From: Adineta vaga
Lineage: Eukaryota > Animalia > Rotifera
Direction: 5' to 3'
Length of the DNA stretch: 64,000 bases
Assembly: GCA_021613535.1 (NCBI GenBank)
Contig: CP075492.1
Location: forward strand, 16,182,001-16,246,000
Positions 24,509 to 35,065 of the stretch are shown here, one piece after another. A program made the position numbers and the translations under genes. The notes beneath the pieces are model-generated. The model saw nothing but the letters and a program-made list of their open reading frames with translations. It did no database searches and was not told the DNA's origin. How positions within the stretch are numbered: position 1 is the first letter of the stretch; each line of letters begins with the position of its first letter.

Positions 24509-25124
24509 TTTCGTTTTAATCAAATGATGTTTTTTCATCGATTATTTATAATCAAATATTTTCTTCTTGTGAGAAATCATTTCATCTGCTTTTCTTTTTC
24601 TAGTTTAATTCCAAATGAAAATTGTCATATGAGAAATTTTAACAGATGGTTTAATCATTAACAAAAAGTGAAAAATAAGTTCGAGTTTTCAATTCATGAG
24701 TATATGCTCAAGTTGCTTTCACCCTCAAGAGAAATTTCTTTTTCAATATTCTATTAAAATTCAATTAAACACGAATACTTTCTTTACACAAACAAAAATA
24801 ATGATGACAATGACCATAAGCATCAGCAACTATACTAAGAAGATGAATAGCAAGATCAATATCACCCTCAAGATAAAAAGACGCCCTTTTTTCTCCTGTA
24901 TACTTCGAGTGCATTTACATACTGTACAGGATTGAAAAACAATTATGCAAGGGAAGTAGCTGTATGATTTCAAATAGAAGATGAATAGGATGAAGTTATT
25001 TTATTAATAAAATAAGATGGGCGCGCTTATAATAGAAATATAAGTTTTCTTGAATATAAAAATGAATACTCCGGATTATAGAATATGAAAAAGAATGAAT
25101 AAATGAAAAGAGAAAATAAGTTTC

Positions 25125-26609
25125 TTATTTAAAACCAATTGCAGTTTTGCTTAGAAGTTTTCCACCAGAAAATACAACATTAACAATCCCATAGCTCGTT
25201 CCAGCTGTCTTGTATTGAACCATTAAAGCAGCTGCAAAACCTGTACCAGCTTCCGAAATAGCACTTCCTGAACTGCCAACTAAGCTTGTCACTTGATCAC
25301 GAGTCCATCCAATTTGTAAGGCTGTATATTGTTGTAAAGTCATGGTATAATTCCCGGTATCTAATCCACTATGAGCTTTACTGAAAAGTAGTCCTCCGAG
25401 AAAATTAAATATAGCTATTGACGTAGAAGATTGCGATCCAGTATATTGAACCATGGTAAATTGATATGGCGAACCTTCTGTTCCCGATTGAGAGAGAATA
25501 TTGCCATTGCCACCAAGAAGCTGTGTAACTTGCTGTCGAGTCCATCCAATTTGTATTGTATTATATTGTTGTAGAGTGATTTTATTACTGACAATTAGAA
25601 AGAAACCAATTGCAGTTTTGCTGAAAAGTTTTCCACCAACAAAGTTAAGGTCAGCAATACCATAGGTGGTTCCAGGTGCCGTATATCGAACTAAAATATT
25701 GGCTGTTATACCAGTACCAGCTTCCGAAGCAGCACTTCCTGAACTACCAACGAAGCTTGTCACTTGATCACGAGTCCATCCAATTTGTAAGGCTGTATAT
25801 TGTTGCGAAGTCATGGTATAAATCCCGGTATCTAATCCACTCTGAGCTTTACCGAAAAGTATTCCATTTTGAAAAGTAAATATGACTACCGATATAGTTG
25901 ATTGTGATCCAGTGTATTGAACCATGGTAAATTGAATTGGTGAACCTTGTGATCCCGTTTGAGAGAGAGTAGTGCCATTGCCACCAAGAAGCTGTGTAAC
26001 TTGCTGTCGAGTCCATCCAATTTGTATTGTATTATATTGTTGTAGAGTGATTTTATTGTTAACAGTGGGAGCAGAACCGATTTCAGATTTTGATATTAGT
26101 TTTCCACCAGAAAATACAACATTAACAATCCCATAGCTCGTTCCAGCCGTCTTGTATTGAACGATTAAAGCAGCTGCAACACCTGTACCAGCTTCCGAAG
26201 TAACAATTCCTGAACTGCCAACTAAGCTTGTCACTTGATCACGAGTCCATCCAATTTGTAAGGCTGTATATTGTTGTAAAGTCATGGTATAGTTCACAGC
26301 ATATAATCCACTCTGAGCTTTACCGAAAAGTATTCCATTTTGAAAAGTAAATATGACTACCGATATAGTTGGTTGTGGTCCAGTATATTGAACTAAAGTG
26401 GCAGCTGTGCTTCCTATACCAGCTTCTGAAATAACATTTCCTCCAGTACCAATGAGTTTTGTAACTTGATCACGGGTCCATCCAATTTGAATAGTTGTAT
26501 ATTGTTGTTGCGTGATAGTATAGACAATCGGAGCACTATTACATTGAAATACAACAGTCGTAAAGATGACCAATATTAAAGCATAGAATGACGACATTCG
26601 TGCGAACAT
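25125..26609 (-). CDS. Secreted protein with six BLIP/DUF3862-like (SmpA/OmlA-related) repeats
   Basis: Signal peptide followed by six ~78-aa repeats of xTxQQYxxxQIGWTRxQVTxLxGxxG...F.GGKL.SK; intronless. Confidence 0.75.
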   Translation of the reverse strand: MFARMSSFYALILVIFTTVVFQCNSAPIVYTITQQQYTTIQIGWTRDQVTKLIGTGGNVISEAGIGSTAATLVQYTGPQPTISVVIFTFQNGILFGKAQSGLYAVNYTMTLQQYTALQIGWTRDQVTSLVGSSGIVTSEAGTGVAAALIVQYKTAGTSYGIVNVVFSGGKLISKSEIGSAPTVNNKITLQQYNTIQIGWTRQQVTQLLGGNGTTLSQTGSQGSPIQFTMVQYTGSQSTISVVIFTFQNGILFGKAQSGLDTGIYTMTSQQYTALQIGWTRDQVTSFVGSSGSAASEAGTGITANILVRYTAPGTTYGIADLNFVGGKLFSKTAIGFFLIVSNKITLQQYNTIQIGWTRQQVTQLLGGNGNILSQSGTEGSPYQFTMVQYTGSQSSTSIAIFNFLGGLLFSKAHSGLDTGNYTMTLQQYTALQIGWTRDQVTSLVGSSGSAISEAGTGFAAALMVQYKTAGTSYGIVNVVFSGGKLLSKTAIGFK

Positions 26610-27709
26610 ATTTTATTACAAAATATGTATATGTTATTAACAGATATGTGTTTTTTCGTCGAATGAATGATTTCGATGGTGTACTTCGTTTATATATACA
26701 TTATAATTTTGTTTAATTGTCATGCTTTTGCCCATAATCATCTCAACTGAATAATTCTGATACCTTATTTAATGTACCTGTGCGTAACTACTTCCTTTTC
26801 TCCATGATGTGATTTTTATAAGTGATATTCTTGAGCGCGTTGACTTGGAATAATAAATTCTTTCGAACGAAAGTATGACATATGCAATCATACGTATTTT
26901 TTTAATAGACCATAAAAAAACATTTATTTTGTGAAAGGTGAAAATTTTGAAGGAAGTAATATTCATATGACGATCATACAGTATGTTTGAAATTCTACTG
27001 ATTAATAATAGATTATAATGACAAAGTCTGTTTCTGAAAACACTCTCGCCAAGAGCAAGGTATCGGAAGATGATTGTTTATATGAATAATCCTTAAAATG
27101 TGTATTTTATTATTCAAGTATTCATTCCAAGTGCTTTAAAGAATGATGGTGGTAGCATAGCTATTTAAAAGAGCCTCGGAGAATAGAGCGGGAAATTGGT
27201 GTAAACAAAGTTATTCATTTTACACGATTGGAGAGCATAGTGCAAGCTCATGAATTCGATCGACTCACCAGTTTCTAGAATGTAGTGAGCTTTCATTTGG
27301 TATAAATTCCTTAAAGACTCCTCTCTAGAATAATATTATTTCTCACCCGTATATTGGACATTTTATCAGACGATCGCGCCCATTTGTAATTATCGTAACA
27401 AAATTATTATTGCAAAACATTTCATTGATTTTATTCACTTTTGACTTATTCTCTTTCTCGTAGAGAAGAGTCTTAGAAATATAAATTGTTTGTTTGATTG
27501 CTTGCTTGTATGTCCGCAAGGTCAAAAAAGACATTTCCAGAGGTATATCGATGCGGAGACTTCGAATCTGATGTTATTTTTTCAAAATTTTTCATAAAAG
27601 AATTTTTTTTCCCTATCAGCGAGTGTACAAGTTTGATGAATAAAATATTCTCTTTAATGTCTGGTGATGCAATAAGTAGTATTTAATTTTGCGGAATGAA
27701 TTTTGAAGT

Positions 27710-28408
27710 GACGTCCATTTACCTGACAACAAGACTGAGCTTCTTTCAGGTCTTTTACCTTTGGTACCAAACGTGCCTGTACTTCTTACTGATAATATCG
27801 CGTGTGAACTCGGATTATCAAACGGTACTCAAGGAATTTTTCGGGAGCTCATATACGATGATCAAGTGAATTGAAATAATTTCAAAATTAATAGCGATGT
27901 ATTTCCATCAAATACAGTGTACATAAGAAAACCTTTGTACGAGCTTATAGAAATCAACACATCACAAGTAGAAACAACTCTCGAAGATCTTCCTCCCAAA
28001 GTAATTCCTATTCCAATGATAACAAGACAATTTACTATCCCTATCAAGCAATTCTTCGGTCGACTGATTGAACGTGTACAAAATGGAAAAAGAATTTCAG
28101 AAACAATTCAAATTACAAGAAAGCAGTTACCAATCGTTCCTGCCTACGCAATAACTACATATAAGGCGCAAGGACTCACATTGAACAAAATTGTCGTCGA
28201 CCTTCAAGTTCCACTTGGAGCGATGCAATTAGCATCCGTCTATGTACCACTCAGTAGAGTAAAGAGAACGGAGGATGAGACTATTCTTCGGTCTTTCGAC
28301 ATGAAGGTGCTGCAAATTCGACCCTCTCTTGCTCAAGCCGCTGAACTGAAACGTCTAGATGAACTCAAGAGAAAGACAAAGCAAGAGTGTACCTCTTTCA
28401 TTTTTTGA
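27710..28408 (+). mobile_element. Helitron-like PIF1 helicase C-terminal remnant
   Basis: LPLVPNVPVLLTDNIACELGLSNGTQG upstream of a disruption, then RKQLPIVPAYAITTYKAQGLTL and YVPLSRV motifs. No Rep domain or N-terminal helicase motifs seen. Confidence 0.75.
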
Positions 28409-29876
28409 ACTTATATAAAGCGATAGTTTTCTAAGAGTCTAACGTTATTGCAACCATACAAAGCGTATCATTATTTGAAATTACCTTAAAATAATTATTC
28501 AGATATGTTCATTTACTTTACCTCTCTATTTACAGTTATGCTAATTATGGTATATTTGTCTCTTTTCTCTCATTGTATTAGATTTTTCCTATCGTGTTTT
28601 CTTGATTTCGCTTTTTGATATAATTACTCATAATATTCCCAATTATAATGATACTTCTTCGGAATATCTTATCCTCTATTTAACATTTGGTATAAATATC
28701 TATTGCTAGTTTTGTGCAAATGTCTAATCTATGCTGGAAATAAACTTATATACACAATAATGCACTAAAAATATAACATCTGAAAGCAGTATTTCTACGA
28801 GAAAGAGCTAAGCGAGTCTAAAGAAGAGCGTTACTTGTTTGATAATTACTTTTAAAATGTTTAACTGTTAAACTAAAATCAACATAAGAGAAAACTATTC
28901 ATATTCACTCTCCAATTTCACCAAAATTTAGAATTCTTTGTTCCCTGGAATGAAAGGAGGGTATTGTTTTTTCTTAGAATAGCATCATCTTAACATTACA
29001 TTAAAAAATGAACAACTAGAGAGAATATATATGAGTTCTATTGGCCAACATAAAAATTAATATTATCGCGAAATGGACGAATGTTGCAGTAGTCGAAGCC
29101 AAAACGATAATTGCACTTAAATATTTAGTCACTTTCATACTTAACAACTTGTATAATGCATCATTTAATTTTAAAGCATCCAAACCAATAATAACGGCAA
29201 CAAATACCAGCAGTGATAATATTCGATGGTTGAATTCAACTATTCCACTATATTGGAGCATTTTCATATTCATTCCTGATACTCTCAGACTAGTTGCAGT
29301 CGCAGGAATATTTATTTTGTGAAAGTTCGAAAACTTAAAGAAACTGAGAACCATAATAAGCTTATACAACATGACGAGCGTACACAATAGTGATCCAAAT
29401 TTTATTGATTGACAGCGGACTAATGACAGTCTATTTCTGTTTGAAAATATTCTCGTAAAGAACAATATATCGGAAGATGGCAGTTGCTACCTGAGAGAGT
29501 TCTAGAGGACGATCAGAATGACGACTTCGATAGTTATGTGAAAACAGGACGGAAAATTGGTAAAGATCATCACACAAGCTCACGTAATCTGACCAACACT
29601 AACCATAAAACATTATTGAGAATGTTTCCGTTTCATATACACATTGAAAATATACAAGCATCGCCGTTGTTGAAACTATGTGAGATATATTGTAGAAAAA
29701 GTTAATAAAATCAAATGAGAACGTGTCGTATTGCACGAGAAGAAACAACACATAAAATTCTGCTCGGAAGAGAAGAAAAGAAAGGAATATAAAGTCCAAC
29801 ATGTTTTTTTTTGCCTTCAAAGAATATACTTGAAACACAATTTGTGTAAGAAACATTACATTGATAATCGAAAAAA

Positions 29877-32558
29877 ATGAGTGCGACAACATTGTCACCA
29901 TACGAACTACTCGGTGCAAAACCATCACCCAATGAGGATGGTCTACCATATCGTCTAGCATATCGTGATCGAATTCAAGAATTAAAAGAGGGTAAAATTT
30001 CCAATGATAGATTTCGACTTATATGTCGTGCTTATGAAACCTTATCTGTTTATAATAAACGTAAAAACTATGATGAAAACAAAGTATGGATATCTGATGT
30101 ACCTCTAGCAAAATATACACTTCAACAGTTAGCTGCTGAACCAGTTCTTGCCTCTCAATTGAAAAGCCGATTACAAAATGCTACACTTGCTGAAATCAAT
30201 CAACAAGATCCAAATTCAGGTCATACACCACTTTACTGTGCTGCACGTGCTGGAAATCTTGATGCTGTGATTTATTTAACAGAACAGGGTGCTGAACCAG
30301 ATCTTTTACAAAAATTAGGAAGTAGTGCTTTACATGTCAGTTGTTTTTATGGTCATCCAGAAATTGTTCGTTGTTTATTAGAATGTGGTGCTAACTATCA
30401 AAAACAAAACTCTTTTGGTAATCTTCCAGAACGAGAGTCGATGAATGGTCATGTTAAAAATACTCTTCGTAGTCTTAAAAACGATCCGTTTATTCAAGCA
30501 GGTGCTAATCAACTTGATTGGTTTAAAGAAAATATTCATCAAATTCCAAATCATATCGATGAACAATATTATAGACAACGTCAAACATTACTTCATTGTG
30601 CATGTAAAAAAGGTTTTCTAGATCTTGCTCGATGGTTAATTGAAGAATGTCAAGCTAGTCTTGATATTGTTGATATAAATTTAAATTCAGCGCTACATCT
30701 TGCCGCATATGGTAAACATCAATCAATTGTTGAATATCTTCTTCATCAAGGTGCAAATCCTCTTTTAATTAATAAATGGGGTATGACAGCTGAACAAGAA
30801 GGTATTCGACATGGAAAAATTATTTCAAACTCATTTCAAACAATGCGTAATCAAGATATGTTTCAAATGGCAGCAGATGGTATACATTGGTGGTTTGCAT
30901 ATTATTTTGATGATACTTCACTCGACATGACCAATAGTGATGGGACAAGTTTACTCTATATAGCATGCCGTTGTGGACAATTCTTAGTTGCGAAATGGTT
31001 GCTTGAACATGGAGCGAATGTTAATATACAGCTTGTAAGTAATTCAAAAAGTACACCGTTACATGGCGCTGCTTTTAATGGACATTTGGAAATAGTTGAA
31101 TTATTATTGAATTATGGTGCAGATGTAAATATTAAGAATAATTTTGGTGAAACAGTTTTCGATAACGCTCAAACGGATGAAATTAAACAATTTTTAAAAC
31201 AATATCATGAAAATTTATCAGAAAATAAAATATTGAGTGTTCATCTATTTGGAGATGGCCGTACGGATGGTTATGAACCTGTTGCGAAACTTCAGTTGCC
31301 TGTTGATGCAACACGGAATGATCTTCGAAAAGCAATGCCACAATTATTACGAAATAAATATAATAGTTTTTCCATTGCTCGTCGACCATTACATTTTGAA
31401 ACAGAGGATATGACTGTCATATCAGCATTCTGTCGAGCTAGATATGGAAAAACAAAATTTATTGAATTTCCACTTTGTATTACAGTTCATGAATCACCAA
31501 GATACATTCATAGTGGACACATTCTTAGTGATGAAGTTCTTGATTATAGTTCTCGTGAATTTTATGGAAAATTTAGCTCACAATGTCAAACGTCAACTAT
31601 TAATGTCGCTGGTCAATTGAATGAAAAACAAACATTTACATGTGGAAATCTATTGTTTACTTTTCCAGTTAATTGTACAAATAATAATATTTCAATTGAA
31701 ATTGAATATATTAATTCACCAAATTTTAATACATTTAAATTACCGGAATGTGTGTGTCTTTTTCGAACGAAATATCAAAGTAAAAAAGGAGGTCAATTGA
31801 ATGAAATGCCAAATGTTCAATGGAAAAATGGAGGAAATGTTCGTTTATATAATTGGATATCCTCTCAACCTTATTGGTTTACTGATAAAACAAAGCATAC
31901 ATATTTACCATATATTGATGGTATACATGCATTTATTTGTCATATTGATGTTATTCCATCACAATTAAGTCTTCCTCCAGATTTGTTTATTCAAGCTGCT
32001 GTTGCACAACCATTACATATTCGTGATGATCCTGTTTATTGTCGATGTCTTAAAATTCGTGAACACAATAAGAATACTTTTCCTCATATTGCTTATCATG
32101 GAACATCGATTGGTGTTATTCTTTCGATTCTTATGGATGGACTAGTTATGCCAAGTACTGTAGTGTCCAGTGGAGTACGTGTTTGTCCACCAAAGGGTCA
32201 CATTGCACGAGGACTTGAAGCTTTTGGTATTAAGGATTTTGCTAATGGAATATTTGTTAGTCCCAGTATACATTATTGTTCAGATCCAGTGTATGCAGTG
32301 ACATTCTCTGATGATGATCAACGTCTTATTGCTGTTTTAGAATGTAGTATTAAAAGAAATTTATTTGATAAATTTTCAAGTACAGTAAAAGATTATAAAC
32401 CTCATCCAACGGATGATCCCAATGGCCTTGAATGGCGTTTAACCAATCCTGCAGCTATCGAAATCATATCTGTGCTCTTCATTCCTCAAGTTAAATCGCG
32501 AATCGCAATAGCAAAATTGCGAGCAAATAAACTTGGTGTTAATCCTAATGATCTGTAA
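29877..32558 (+). CDS. J-domain-like + ankyrin repeats + NEURL4/PARP-like ADP-ribosyltransferase domain protein
   Basis: N-terminal YELLG..AYETLS..KRKNYD without HPD; about 8-9 ANK repeats (TPLHxAA); C-terminal AYHGT, FVSPSIHY..VYA and LEW (H-Y-E triad); intronless, 893 aa. Confidence 0.75.
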   Translation: MSATTLSPYELLGAKPSPNEDGLPYRLAYRDRIQELKEGKISNDRFRLICRAYETLSVYNKRKNYDENKVWISDVPLAKYTLQQLAAEPVLASQLKSRLQNATLAEINQQDPNSGHTPLYCAARAGNLDAVIYLTEQGAEPDLLQKLGSSALHVSCFYGHPEIVRCLLECGANYQKQNSFGNLPERESMNGHVKNTLRSLKNDPFIQAGANQLDWFKENIHQIPNHIDEQYYRQRQTLLHCACKKGFLDLARWLIEECQASLDIVDINLNSALHLAAYGKHQSIVEYLLHQGANPLLINKWGMTAEQEGIRHGKIISNSFQTMRNQDMFQMAADGIHWWFAYYFDDTSLDMTNSDGTSLLYIACRCGQFLVAKWLLEHGANVNIQLVSNSKSTPLHGAAFNGHLEIVELLLNYGADVNIKNNFGETVFDNAQTDEIKQFLKQYHENLSENKILSVHLFGDGRTDGYEPVAKLQLPVDATRNDLRKAMPQLLRNKYNSFSIARRPLHFETEDMTVISAFCRARYGKTKFIEFPLCITVHESPRYIHSGHILSDEVLDYSSREFYGKFSSQCQTSTINVAGQLNEKQTFTCGNLLFTFPVNCTNNNISIEIEYINSPNFNTFKLPECVCLFRTKYQSKKGGQLNEMPNVQWKNGGNVRLYNWISSQPYWFTDKTKHTYLPYIDGIHAFICHIDVIPSQLSLPPDLFIQAAVAQPLHIRDDPVYCRCLKIREHNKNTFPHIAYHGTSIGVILSILMDGLVMPSTVVSSGVRVCPPKGHIARGLEAFGIKDFANGIFVSPSIHYCSDPVYAVTFSDDDQRLIAVLECSIKRNLFDKFSSTVKDYKPHPTDDPNGLEWRLTNPAAIEIISVLFIPQVKSRIAIAKLRANKLGVNPNDL

Positions 32559-32741
32559 GAACTTGTTAACGGATTTAGTTTACGAAGAATTGTTAAAAAA
32601 ATTTTTTTCTTCTTTAAATTTAATGGATTGTGATATTATCCTCGACTTTTCAAAGAAAGAAGTAATAAAAGAAAACTGGAAAAGTACACTAATAATTTTA
32701 GAAAAAGAAGTATGACATGAGGAATATATCTGAGAGAATCT

Positions 32742-33102
32742 ATGTGAAGCTAGCACAACGGAGCTAGCACGACGAAACACAGATATAGCTAAAAAAAATT
32801 TTATAAAGTAAATCCCATCCATAAAAACGAGTCCATTTGACTCAGAATTCAATTCTGCATCGAATGGTGCTACTTTTATTCACGGGACAAGCTTTGAGAA
32901 ATCTTATCTAGGTTTTTTCTCGTACATAGGAGGTAAATAAAGATGTACACAACATTTTTTTTAAAGCTTGTCCCGTGAATAAAAGTAGCACCATTCGATG
33001 CAGAATTGAATTCTGAGTCGAATGGACTCGTTTTTATGAACGGGACTTACTTTATAAACATTTTTTTAGCTATATCTGTGTTTCGTCGTGCTAGCTTCAC
33101 AT
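32742..33102. mobile_element. Foldback/MITE with ~135-bp terminal inverted repeats
   Basis: Arm 32762..32895 is near-perfectly complementary to 32963..33096; outer ends ATGTGAAGCTAGCAC / GTGCTAGCTTCACAT. Confidence 0.85.
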
Positions 33103-33804
33103 CGATAAGTCTATCTAATTAAAAATTCTATTTCAATATTTTCTTGGAGTTTATATTACCATAAACAAATTCGACTATTACATCAATTATCAAAACGTAA
33201 TTTTTTTTTATTTTCTCGTGGTCTTTGCAATGAACCGCTGAAAGTTCAAGTTATCAAGGATTCATTTCTGCTGTAATCGCTTTTAAAAAAAATAATTTTA
33301 TTTCTATAGAAGGTGAATGTCGATTCATGCATCGATTCAGCACTTGTCAATATTGTTTGAAGCACATAATCTTAGACAGATAGATGATTTAAATAAATGT
33401 CTTATATGATAACTCTAATGTTATTGAAGAACTATTTTCGACAGAAACTATCATTATAGATGTGTTCGTCAGTTAAATAGAAGAATAATTCATTTTTTTT
33501 TATTTCTCACTTCTCTTAAACTGATAATATCGATTTTCTTTGTTTAGATAGTAAATGACTGATCTTCTGTTTATCAGTACACACTTTTCTGTTTTACATA
33601 ATGATTATGTCTTGGAAAAAGAAAACACGGTAAATAAAAGTTTTTTTTCAATGAAAATTTCATTTTAAGTTTTAATAGATTCAGTTATAGAAAACTGATT
33701 GTAAGCAAGTGAAAACAAATGTTGTAAATTACACGAACAACGTTAAATCTTTGAAAGTATCAATACATCAAGGTATAGATGAAATCTTTATCGATTTCAC
33801 CGTA

Positions 33805-33965
33805 CCCAGGTCGAAAAATCCGAGCCGGATCCGGCCGAAACCAGAAGATTTCGACAGTTTCATGGAAGCAGGATTCCGAACAGAAATTTTCGGATTTTTT
33901 CCGGTGAACTCCAATCAATTTCCTGTGCTTTCCTGCCGGAACCGGCCCGTATTGTTTGACCTGGG
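33805..33965. mobile_element. Short GC-rich MITE (CCCAGGTC...GACCTGGG)
   Basis: About 31-bp imperfect TIRs; a solitary related end (CGACCTGGG) occurs near 6300. Confidence 0.7.
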
Positions 33966-35065
33966 CATTGATCAATCTTCGTATGAAACTCGTAAGAAAA
34001 ACTTTCTTTTATTAACATATCGATTAAAGTCTTCTTTAGTTTCACCATTGAACATATACATTCCTGGTGAACAAGATGAAATAAAGCAAGTTTAACTTTT
34101 GTAGACCTTAATTAAAAAAAATATTTATTTATTTTAGTAAAGTTGACTGAATTCACCAAATTTTAAATTCGATCAACATGAAAAAAGTAATTAATTTTTT
34201 TCTTTGCTATATTTGAAAAGTATTAGTTTCTGTTGCGTTTAAGAAAGATTTTTTGTATTGAATAGAAAGAGAAAGAATTTTGTATGCTGTTTAAAAAAAG
34301 GTTCCGTTCTGTTTTATCAGTTAGTTAAGAAGAGAAATTTTGTCATAGAGAATATAATTATAAGTTTTTTTCCACACTTCGAGTTACATAACTGATATAT
34401 GAAAACAATTTTACCGTTTTTCTCATTTTTAAGGAATTATTGAAATAAATATGGAAATCAGATAGTTGATTTATAGAAAACAATATTCTTAATTATTACT
34501 GAATAAAAACAAATTTCATAATTAAAATTATCATAAGAAACCAATAAACTATCCTCTATGGAAAATTAGTGTGTTTCCCTAACGATTGGTCGTGCCGTTA
34601 CATAAATAAATACAGAAACTTCTAGTATGATCGAAAAATTTTATTTACTGGAAAAAGTATAATTTTAACTCTCTGCTTTCATTGATTATTACTCAAACAA
34701 ACGAGATAGAGAGATTCGAAGTAACTTTTATTTAAAATATTATACGTAATAAAAAAACTTTGAAAAAAAAGAATTTTTCGTCTAATCTTTCCAGTATAAA
34801 TAAGTTCATATGAACAATATCGATTTCAATCTCACATGTCGATTGTTGTTTGATCGAAAATAATGGATTTGAATTTGGAATTATTATTTTCATAATCGAC
34901 ATATTTTAATATAAATCTTTTCAATTGAGGAACATTTTCTAAAATTAATTTTTCCCTAAGATAACTATTGAGATATATACATTTCCTTAGTTTACCATGA
35001 TGACATGTACTTCTATTTCAAACTAGATTACAAGCATACATATCTATGGATACTCAACAAGATTG

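Noticed and set aside
29016-29465. Hydrophobic 149-aa minus-strand ORF with faint polycystin/TRP-like TM character
   Set aside because: No diagnostic motif or supporting exons; cannot be called from sequence alone.
33709-34095. ORFs overlapping 33.7-34.1 kb (and similarly 38.2-38.8 kb)
   Set aside because: Open frames arise from GC-rich MITE sequence and show no protein motifs.
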